The notes below the pieces were generated by a model. The model saw only the letters and a program-made list of their open reading frames with translations, searched no databases and was not told the origin of the DNA. This document shows, in pieces, positions 9,921 to 17,503 of a stretch of 64,000 bases of DNA (the first letter of the stretch is position 1; the number at the start of each line of letters is the position of its first letter). A program made the translations under genes and the position numbers. This stretch comes from Oculatellaceae cyanobacterium bins.114 (lineage in GTDB: Bacteria; Cyanobacteriota; Cyanobacteriia; Elainellales; Elainellaceae): positions 1 to 64,000 of the forward strand of contig JANRJA010000023.1 of assembly GCA_033764315.1 (NCBI GenBank). Reading direction: 5' to 3'.

Positions 9921-9990
9921 CTATCGTTCCTCTCTCATCTGCCGTAGCAAATCTTGTGTCGCTGGATAGTTGCAGAGTTGTGCGGTTTGC
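9921..9990 (-). pseudogene. Orphan duplicate of the 3' end of the TIR-NB-ARC-TPR gene
   Basis: Encodes QTAQLCNYPATQDLLRQMREER* versus QTVQLSDHPLTQDLLRQIMG* of the intact gene; DNA similar to 10805-10858. Confidence 0.8.
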
Positions 9991-10135
9991 ATGAGTTTTA
10001 TGATGCGATCGCTAACTCATAGTGCAGAGCTAATACCTCACTGGCTGGCAAGATTGCCATTGCATACTCGCGCCCCTGTAAGTCTGCAAACTCAATTAAA
10101 TAACGAGGGGATTCTGTTTCATATAAGGCAACTGC

Positions 10136-10468
10136 TCACAGCGATCGCAAAATAGCCTCTATAGACTGTTTCAGACTTGGTAACTCTTGTTCTACAACAC
10201 CCCAAACAATATCAAGGTCAATTTCAAAATAGTTGTGAGTCAAGATATTTCGCATTCCAATCATGTTTGTCCAGGGTATTTCTGGGTGCCGATCTCTGGT
10301 TGCTGAAGAAAGAGATCGGGAAGCTTCACCAATAATTTGGAGATTTTGAGTAAACCAGGTTTGAATCAGCTCATTCTGCTCGAATGCTTGCCTACCCTGC
10401 ACAGCATAGCGATCGATGCGTTCAATTGCCTCTAGAATATCTTGCAGCTTCTCGCGATCGTCTCTCAT
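10136..10468 (-). CDS. HEPN (DUF86) ribonuclease toxin, HepT-like
   Basis: IIGEAS, PEIPW and RNILTHNY (RX4HXY) motifs. Confidence 0.93.
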   Translation of the reverse strand: MRDDREKLQDILEAIERIDRYAVQGRQAFEQNELIQTWFTQNLQIIGEASRSLSSATRDRHPEIPWTNMIGMRNILTHNYFEIDLDIVWGVVEQELPSLKQSIEAILRSL

Positions 10469-10755
10469 AGGGGGATCGCTTCACTGAGGACTCGTTCGCG
10501 GATGCGTTGCCGCAGTCCTTTTTCGGTAACGACATCAACCTGACACCCTAACAAGTCTTGTAGTTCCATTAGCAATCCACCCAGGTCAAACAACGTGCGG
10601 TTTGCCTCCATCTCCACCAAAAAATCCACATCGCTGGTCGCATCTGCCTCACCCCGTGCAACTGAACCAAAGATGCGGACATGATAAGCTCCATGTTTTG
10701 CAGCGACTGCCAAAATCTCTGCCCGTTTTTCTTGCACCCGCTCTGCAAGGGTCAT
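10465..10755 (-). CDS. Minimal nucleotidyltransferase (MNT) antitoxin, MntA-like
   Basis: [10 protein letters not shown]...SDVDFLV (GSX10DXD); 4-nt overlap with the HEPN gene. Confidence 0.93.
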   Translation of the reverse strand: MTLAERVQEKRAEILAVAAKHGAYHVRIFGSVARGEADATSDVDFLVEMEANRTLFDLGGLLMELQDLLGCQVDVVTEKGLRQRIRERVLSEAIPL

Positions 10756-10794
10756 GGTTCCCATCCCCCATTTACCGACCTACTCATCACCTTA

Positions 10795-13446
10795 TCACCC
10801 CATTATCTGCCGTAGCAGGTCTTGTGTCAGTGGATGGTCAGAGAGTTGCACGGTTTGCCTCGCCTGCATCACCTGTTGCAAGAAGAGACAGAAGTTTTGC
10901 CAACCTGTCTGAGTATTGGGATGGTCACTTCCCAAGGAATTGAACCAAATTGTCAGCGCTGTGAGATAGAGCGGTTCTGCCTCCGTATAGCGTTCCTGCG
11001 ACTCGTAAAGCCTTGCCAGATTATTGAAGCTTTGGGCGATATCGGGATGGGTTGCCTCTAACTGCTGCACTCGAATGGAAATCGATCGTTCATAGAGGGG
11101 TTCTGCCTCTGCGTAGCGTCCCTGCGAGGGGTACAGCGCTGCAACGTGGTTGAGGCTTTGAGCGATAGCGGGATGGGGGCGGCCCAACTGCTGTTCTCGA
11201 ATCGAGAGCGATCGCCCGTAAAGGGGTTCTGCCTCTGCGTAGCGTCCCTGCGACTGGTAAAGTGCTGCCAGATTGTTGAGGCTTTGAGCGACATGGGGAT
11301 GGGTGCTGCCTAACTGCTGCTCCAAGATAGAGAGCGATCGCACCAAGAGCGGTTCTGCCTCTGCGTAGCGTCCCTGCGATTCATAGAGTGCTGCCAGATC
11401 GTTGAGGCTGATGGCGACATCGGGATGGGTGCTGCCTAACTGCTGCTCGCGGATCGTGAGCGATCGCACATAGAGGGGTTCTGCCTCTGCGTAGCGTCCC
11501 TGCGACTTGTAAAGTCTTGCCATATCGTTGAGGCTTTGAGCGACATGGGGATGGGTGCTGCCTAACTGCTGCTCCGAGATAGAGAGCGATCGCACATAGA
11601 GGGGTTCTGCCTCTGCGTAGCATCCCTGCAATTGGTAAAGTCCTGCCAGATTGTTGAGGCTGGAGGCGACATCGGGATGGTCGCTGCCAAGGCGAGTTTC
11701 GGTATTTGTCAAACACGTTTGACACCAGTGCAACGCCTCTGCATAGGCTGACTGTCCTTCATAAAACCGGGCAAGTCCGGTGGCAGGTTCAATCAACTCT
11801 TCATCCGTTAGCCAAGGAGAGAGGGTGGTGGCGACTTCTACAAGGTGGGGAATCGCAGGCGTGACGTGCTCAAGGATGGTGAGGGTAGGCATTTGCGGGA
11901 TCTGTCGCCCGACTCTGAACATGACTCGACACAGGGTTCGCTTCATCTCGTCGGTGTCTGTCCGTTGCTCTCGCTTTGCCGCAAAAAATTCCCGCAGGAG
12001 TTGGTGGAGTTGGTAGGTGCCTTGTCCAGTTCGTTCCAGCAGGTGCAGTCTGAGCAGCGAGTCATCCCGCACGTCCTCTAAGGTTTCCGGGTCTTCCTCC
12101 GGGTGACAGGCTTCCACCAGCGTCCAGGGGATCTCTGCCAGGGCAAACAGACTGAGCAAACTGGCTAACCGTTGGGCGGGTTCCTCTAGATCTTGCCAAC
12201 TCAACTCAAAGGCAGCGGCGACTCCCAATGAGGCAGTCATTTCGAGCGTAGCGTCTTTGAGTACCTTCGCCTCCAGCTTTTTGTCCTGCAAGCGTTGCCA
12301 CAGGGTTTCCAGGGATAGGTCGGGTTTTCGCGCCAGATAGCGCCCGACTAGCTCTAACCCCAGTGGTAAGTAGCCCAACCAGTGACAGATCTGCTTTTCT
12401 AGATCCCCGGTTTCTTCAAGAAATCGGAGGTCTTCATCCTTGTTACCCTGGATGGCAAACGATCGCAACAATTCGATCGCCTTTTCCTCCGGCAACACCG
12501 TGATCTCAAAATTTTGCACGGGCGATTGCAGGGTTAATCGCGTTGTCAGCAAGACGCGAAACTGCGATCGCTGCGGTGGCAACACGGGGGCAATATCCCC
12601 ATACTGCTGCACATCATCGAACACAATCAGTGTGGTTCCGGGGTGCCAGTTGTGCCAACAGTAGGTCACCTGTTCTGGTAATTCCAGGTCTTCGGGAATC
12701 GTTAACCTCAAGTGCGATCGCGCAAACAAGACAATTTGAGTCCCCAGGTCTTCTCGTGCTTTGAGCCAGCAAATGCCTCCCGGATAGGTGCCCATGTCTC
12801 GCTGTTGCAGGGCATATTGGGCGGCGAGTTCGGTCTTGCCAATGCCTCCCATGCCAGAAACGGCTGAAATGGCGATCGCCTCTTGTGATTGCAGTTGGAT
12901 GTGAAGCTGCTCTAACTCGTCGTCTCGACCAACAAAGATGGGATTGACCAGTGGCAAATTGGAGGGAATGCTGGGTGGAAACACAGGTTTGAGGCGACTG
13001 CTCGGAGATGTGACGTTGCCTGGAAACTGAGGCTGTTGGTCGGGCTTGGTGCGACCTGGAGAAAGCGATCGCAGCAACAGATCTTGCGCCTCTGCCTCTG
13101 CCACATCTACTAGGTCGACGTAGACAATTGGGCGTAACAACCCTGTGGGCTGGCATTCCTTCACCCGCACTGGGATCAGCAATCCCTTCTCACCCGTTGG
13201 GTCTTGAACAAACGCCGCTGCCCATTCGGGTGCAGTAAACGCAGAGGTTAAGTAGGTGTCTGACAATACGGCAATCGTTCGTTCCGCTTCCGACGCTGCC
13301 TTTTGCATATCCAGCACAAAGTTTCCACCCGCGCGAAAATCCCAGGCTTGAATCACCGTCGTGTATCCGCCTTCCTCCAGCGTCCAGGCAATCCATTCAG
13401 CCCAAGCGCGATCGCGTTGGTTATAGCTAATGAAGAAATCCTTCAT
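10795..13446 (-). CDS. TIR domain - NB-ARC/STAND ATPase - TPR repeat protein (NLR-like)
   Basis: N-terminal TIR (DFFISYN, WDFRAG, EWAAAF); Walker A GMGGIGKT; Walker B LIVFDDV; GYLPLGL; QLHQLLRE (MHD-like); about 7 kinesin-light-chain-type 42-aa TPRs. Confidence 0.93.
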   Translation of the reverse strand: MKDFFISYNQRDRAWAEWIAWTLEEGGYTTVIQAWDFRAGGNFVLDMQKAASEAERTIAVLSDTYLTSAFTAPEWAAAFVQDPTGEKGLLIPVRVKECQPTGLLRPIVYVDLVDVAEAEAQDLLLRSLSPGRTKPDQQPQFPGNVTSPSSRLKPVFPPSIPSNLPLVNPIFVGRDDELEQLHIQLQSQEAIAISAVSGMGGIGKTELAAQYALQQRDMGTYPGGICWLKAREDLGTQIVLFARSHLRLTIPEDLELPEQVTYCWHNWHPGTTLIVFDDVQQYGDIAPVLPPQRSQFRVLLTTRLTLQSPVQNFEITVLPEEKAIELLRSFAIQGNKDEDLRFLEETGDLEKQICHWLGYLPLGLELVGRYLARKPDLSLETLWQRLQDKKLEAKVLKDATLEMTASLGVAAAFELSWQDLEEPAQRLASLLSLFALAEIPWTLVEACHPEEDPETLEDVRDDSLLRLHLLERTGQGTYQLHQLLREFFAAKREQRTDTDEMKRTLCRVMFRVGRQIPQMPTLTILEHVTPAIPHLVEVATTLSPWLTDEELIEPATGLARFYEGQSAYAEALHWCQTCLTNTETRLGSDHPDVASSLNNLAGLYQLQGCYAEAEPLYVRSLSISEQQLGSTHPHVAQSLNDMARLYKSQGRYAEAEPLYVRSLTIREQQLGSTHPDVAISLNDLAALYESQGRYAEAEPLLVRSLSILEQQLGSTHPHVAQSLNNLAALYQSQGRYAEAEPLYGRSLSIREQQLGRPHPAIAQSLNHVAALYPSQGRYAEAEPLYERSISIRVQQLEATHPDIAQSFNNLARLYESQERYTEAEPLYLTALTIWFNSLGSDHPNTQTGWQNFCLFLQQVMQARQTVQLSDHPLTQDLLRQIMG
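10960..11700. repeat. 126-bp near-identical tandem units encoding the TPR array
   Basis: GGTTCTGCCTCTGCGTAGCGTCCCTGCGA (or close variants) recurs every 126 bp at ~10972, 11099, 11225, 11351, 11477 and 11603. Confidence 0.9.
12401..12433. repeat. 33-bp palindromic dispersed repeat inside the NB-ARC coding region
   Basis: AGATCCCCGGTTTCT-tca-AGAAATCGGAGGTCT; the same arms occur intergenically at 13972-14038 and 45024-45089. Confidence 0.75.
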
Positions 13447-13624
13447 GAGGGAAGCATGGAAGGGCTAAAACACGAAGTGAGACAGGATCGAATTCATCTC
13501 AACCATCAAGCAGTGTCCACAATAATTCGGATTTGTAGAAAATTCTAGCAAAAGCAATGGTGAGAGTGAGGTGCTCTGCTGTTCAAATGCTATCGTTGAC
13601 TTCTTAAATGGGAGCGATCGCACT

Positions 13625-13965
13625 GCAATCTAGACCGTTCCGTATTAGAGCAGCATTTTTTCAATTGCAAACACGACTGGTTTAACTTGAAATACGACTG
13701 TTTTGATTTCAAATCAGACTATTGCTGCTTCAACCTGCATTATTTTGGTTCTGAACAGGATCATTTCTATTTCAAATGAGAACGTTTCTACTCAAAACAA
13801 GACTTTTCCTGTTTAGAACGAGACTGTTTTCTCTTTGAACAAGACCGTTCCCACTTAAAACGAAACCATTCCCACTTGAAATGAAAGTGTTCCTACTTTG
13901 ATCCAGACCATTCCCACTTGAAATGAAAGTAGTTCCTACTTTGATCCAGACTATTCCCACTTCAA
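13625..13965. repeat. Degenerate 21-bp tandem array (~16 units)
   Basis: Minus-strand units such as ATTTCAAGTGGGAATGGTTTC, GTTTTAAGTGGGAACGGTCTT, GTTCAAAGAGAAAACAGTCTC; a recent ~42-bp duplication at the right end. Confidence 0.8.
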
Positions 13966-13971
13966 ATTCCC

Positions 13972-14038
13972 AGATCCCCAGTTTCTAGAATGAAACTTAC
14001 ATTCCCTTTGAGGATGCTCAACTAAAAACCGGGGATCT
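13972..14038. repeat. Palindromic dispersed repeat (AGATCCCCRGTTT ... AAACCGGGGATCT)
   Basis: Inverted arms around a ~37-nt spacer, downstream of the DUF72 gene. Confidence 0.7.
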
Positions 14039-14052
14039 AGCCCTAATTCACC

Positions 14053-14907
14053 TTAAAACAAGGAGAGTTGGGCGGGAGGTTGCTCAAAGCTATCCCACGG
14101 GAGCGGTGGCACCGGAACACCGTGTCGTTCTAGTTGATGTTGAAAATAGCGGGCATTCCCAGGCGATCGCTCTTCCACAGGGCAGTGGACAAAGAAGTAA
14201 ACCTGGTTGCCTTGCTGCAAGTTCTGGTCTACCTGCGTCACCCACTCCGCTAGATAGGGACGATTGAACTCTAAGTCGGGGTGGCTAATATAGCGAATCA
14301 GGCTAAAGTCAGCAGTGACTGCAAAGCTCACGGGCACTTGCGGTTTGCGTCGCTCAGAATGCACCTGAGGGTCGTCAGGACACTCGTAGATGGGGCGAGT
14401 ATCGAGCAACACGCGACCCACTTCTAGTTTCTCTAGCAACGAGTTGAGGCGATCGCTCTCGCTTGCCCGAAACCAGTCTGGATGTCGCACCTCAACGGCT
14501 AACTGAGCTTTGTCGAAGTGCCAACCTTTGAGAAAGGTGGCTAGATCCTCAAATTGCGCTGGACTATAGCTGGGTGGTAACTGCACAAACAGAGGCCCCA
14601 AGCGATCGCCCAAGTGACACATCTGATCTAAAAAGGCGATCGCTTGAGGCAAACGGTCGGCAAGGATGCCCTGATGAGTGATATCGCGTGGCAGTTTGAG
14701 GCAAAACTTAAAGCCTTCAGGGGTTTCGGCTGCCCAACGATCAACGGTGGGGCGATCGGGAATGGAGTAAAAGGTGGTATTGCCCTCAACCGTGGTGAAG
14801 CGACGACTGTAGAGATTTAAGAAATCGGTGGCACGACTCCCCACGGGGAACAAATCTCCCACCCACGCTTTATAGGCCCAAATCGCGCACCCCATCTGAA
14901 ATGTCAT
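14053..14907 (-). CDS. DUF72 domain protein
   Basis: GCAIW, TTVEGNTTFY, FCLKLP, QLPPS, VEVRHPDW, YFFVH. Confidence 0.92.
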   Translation of the reverse strand: MTFQMGCAIWAYKAWVGDLFPVGSRATDFLNLYSRRFTTVEGNTTFYSIPDRPTVDRWAAETPEGFKFCLKLPRDITHQGILADRLPQAIAFLDQMCHLGDRLGPLFVQLPPSYSPAQFEDLATFLKGWHFDKAQLAVEVRHPDWFRASESDRLNSLLEKLEVGRVLLDTRPIYECPDDPQVHSERRKPQVPVSFAVTADFSLIRYISHPDLEFNRPYLAEWVTQVDQNLQQGNQVYFFVHCPVEERSPGNARYFQHQLERHGVPVPPLPWDSFEQPPAQLSLF

Positions 14908-14945
14908 CCCTATGCACCGCAATCTATCTGCTTAGTGTACTGATT

Positions 14946-15470
14946 TCACTGTATGCCTCGCCAAGTGGGGTTCCATTGGGGCAGGTCGGCTAAATAGGCT
15001 GGAGAGACACCTCGAATCCAAACATATTCATTCTCAATTCGTTCGGCTCCAACCAGTCTGGAGCCAATTATGCCCCACAACAATCCACTCACCATTAAAG
15101 CCACACCCCAAAACACAGTCCATTGATTGACCTGAGCAGAGGGCAAGGCTAACGCCGAAATCAATAAAATGGCTCCGGCTATGCCAACGATCCAGCATCT
15201 TAAAAGCAATTTTTTCTGTTGCTGCAATGCGGCTTCAGTGATGCCCAAATAAACAACAGCTTTTTTGCGAACGATGAGGGCTACGACAACATAAATCATC
15301 AGATTGACAAGAATCAGCAGATAGATGGCTGGGTGATGCCAATACAAAACGGCTCTAAACCGCTTACCATAAGCAGGTTGATTGGTTTTGATGCAGCGAT
15401 CGGGCAACTGTACGTCGGGATGTACAACTAAAAGGTTTCCAGAACGCCACAGCCCTTTGGGAACAGACAT
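14946..15470 (-). CDS. Hypothetical membrane protein
   Basis: LPDRCIKTN and WIRGVSPAYLADLP motifs, 3 hydrophobic segments; start (MSVPKG) is coupled to the upstream stop (TAATG). Confidence 0.75.
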   Translation of the reverse strand: MSVPKGLWRSGNLLVVHPDVQLPDRCIKTNQPAYGKRFRAVLYWHHPAIYLLILVNLMIYVVVALIVRKKAVVYLGITEAALQQQKKLLLRCWIVGIAGAILLISALALPSAQVNQWTVFWGVALMVSGLLWGIIGSRLVGAERIENEYVWIRGVSPAYLADLPQWNPTWRGIQ

Positions 15471-16024
15471 TACAACCCACCTCGCTGACACCACATAGGA
15501 GCACCTGGTTTGGCATGGGTTGAGCTTGGTGTAATGCCGCAGGTTTGCATGGCACTCGGAAGAATGGCTGAACCGATGCTCAAACTGATACACAAAAAGA
15601 AACCGCCCCCTGCTAGTACCATATACAACGCAGGATCGATTTTCAACTCCAACACCGCATCTTGGGGACGACGGGGATTGTAGTAAACTGTCACCTCAGT
15701 TCCCGGTTGATAGCGACGCAGTTGTTCTTCGGCCTTAGCGAAATCGCTCCCACCCCAGCGATCGCCCACGCGAATCCGGTTTGCCTGATACCAGTTGCGA
15801 TCGACGACATATTCATAGCGCACCTTTGGTTGATAAACCAGGCGAGTCTTTACTCGTTGTTCCTTCATCATGGTGCTGATGACCTTGCCACTGGTAGTCT
15901 GCCACCGTCGGGTCTGCCGTGACTTCCAAAAGCCAGAGCACGCCATGCCAATCAAGCTCAACCCGACAATGGCTCCCAAGATGACAGGAGCCAGTAACTT
16001 CAACACAAACAGGGCAAAAAACAT
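15470..16024 (-). CDS. DUF3592 domain membrane protein
   Basis: WQTTSGKVI, PKVRYEYVV and VTVYYNPRRPQDAVL between two TM helices. Confidence 0.85.
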   Translation of the reverse strand: MFFALFVLKLLAPVILGAIVGLSLIGMACSGFWKSRQTRRWQTTSGKVISTMMKEQRVKTRLVYQPKVRYEYVVDRNWYQANRIRVGDRWGGSDFAKAEEQLRRYQPGTEVTVYYNPRRPQDAVLELKIDPALYMVLAGGGFFLCISLSIGSAILPSAMQTCGITPSSTHAKPGAPMWCQRGGL

Positions 16025-16154
16025 CGTGTCATCCTTGGTTGAGTGGTTACGCTTCTCTCTAAACCTCTTTTAGCAGCAGATGGTGTGGTGTAAGGGTGGT
16101 GGAAAGCCTTCTTAGAACTTGATTGCCTAAACATTGTTTACCTATTAGGATTGT

Positions 16155-17351
16155 TTATCTATTAGGTAATAATGACGGAGACACCGGAGGCGCAGGGCTA
16201 TCTGATGTGGGATTGGTAATGCCTGTTAGCTGTTCAAAGAATGAAGCTCCCGTATATCCGACAAGAAAACCAATCAATAATCCACCCCAGAAGTCTTCTA
16301 CTGAAACAAATGATTGAGTATCAGATTTTCTAGCCATGAATATAATGGCTATTCCACTCAGAATTACAGCTAAAATTATTGACACTAAAGCTCTAAAACC
16401 ATCTATATAAGTAACCCCTTGAAAAGTTTCGACTGGGGTTACTTGTAAAAGCCGAGCAACTGCTCCAATTAAACCACCTAAAACAGCTCCAGTTAGAACT
16501 GAGTAGACAGACGGTCTAATAGATATCTCATGAGCAATGGTATTAGTAAAAACACCCTCTTCTCCGATATCTACTTCTTCTGAAAGTGCAGGAGTAGGGG
16601 CTTTAGCATGAAAGCAATAATTCACATTGAATTGAAGACGATATTGGGATGGAGTAAAAATTAAAGATCGCTCAACATATAAAACTGCGGTGTAGACGAC
16701 AGTGCTACCTGGTTGTAAAGCTGTATTTCGAGGGAGAGAACTTTCTAACTCGATAGTTCTAGAACGAGCTACTGTTTCTTGAAAGGCTCCTTGATCATAA
16801 ATCTCTAGAACTCCAATATTTATTGGATTACTTTGGCTACCACCAAAATGCAGATGAGTTTGATTTTGATCAGAAATAATCCTAAAGTTACCAATATTTG
16901 TTCCTTCTACATGTACATGTGTTTGCCCTCTGTGCTTTAAAGCCTTTAGTTCCTCTTGTAAGTCATATATCGTACCCTTAATTTTTGTAACAAAACGTTG
17001 AGTAGACTCAGTTCCCCCGTTACCTTTGTCTACTTCTTCTAAAGCTCTAGTGAGTTCTTTCTGTAGAAGATCAATTTTTGCTTCTAACTTTATCTGTTTT
17101 TCTTCTTGAGCTGATTCTATTGGCCTCTGTTTATCTTTATTGCTTGCCTTCTTGGTATGTAACCCCTCCGAGGTTGCCAATTTCAGCTCACTGGGTAAAC
17201 TAACATGAACCTGGCGTATCCAAACAGGTTTATCAAAAGGATTTTTAACTAAAACAAACAGTGCAAATTGGTTCCCAGCTGTGATATCACGAGTTGAAAG
17301 TGTGACTGACAAGTCGAGCAGTCCGCGTTCCATCAGTTGATCAGAATCCAT
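16155..17351 (-). CDS. Hypothetical protein: beta-rich domain with coiled-coil insert and three C-terminal TM helices
   Basis: 398-aa ORF with a GAGGAG RBS, visibly AT-rich, no intact HIP1 site seen. Confidence 0.75.
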   Translation of the reverse strand: MDSDQLMERGLLDLSVTLSTRDITAGNQFALFVLVKNPFDKPVWIRQVHVSLPSELKLATSEGLHTKKASNKDKQRPIESAQEEKQIKLEAKIDLLQKELTRALEEVDKGNGGTESTQRFVTKIKGTIYDLQEELKALKHRGQTHVHVEGTNIGNFRIISDQNQTHLHFGGSQSNPINIGVLEIYDQGAFQETVARSRTIELESSLPRNTALQPGSTVVYTAVLYVERSLIFTPSQYRLQFNVNYCFHAKAPTPALSEEVDIGEEGVFTNTIAHEISIRPSVYSVLTGAVLGGLIGAVARLLQVTPVETFQGVTYIDGFRALVSIILAVILSGIAIIFMARKSDTQSFVSVEDFWGGLLIGFLVGYTGASFFEQLTGITNPTSDSPAPPVSPSLLPNR

Positions 17352-17503
17352 CCGTTACTACTTCTCCTCATCAACTTGCACGTTAAGTCATCAGCTTTCA
17401 TTCTGCTGCTAAAAAAGATCGTCGATTTTCCGAGAAACCCTCTCGTTGACTATGCAATCACAGCAGTTACATAAAGATACTGTGCCTCTCACAGTGACAT
17501 GAC

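Noticed and set aside
9921..10858. Possible DGR template/variable repeat pair
   Set aside because: The repeat is only ~55 bp, mismatches are not confined to adenines, and there is no reverse transcriptase in the window.
12614..13156. 180-aa alternative-frame ORF (and similar shadow ORFs throughout)
   Set aside because: Wholly overlaps a well-supported gene and has no recognisable motifs.
13625..13965. Possible CRISPR array or real 62-aa CDS (13772..13960)
   Set aside because: Units are contiguous 21-mers without unique spacers and there are no cas genes. The periodicity extends beyond the ORF through stops and indels.
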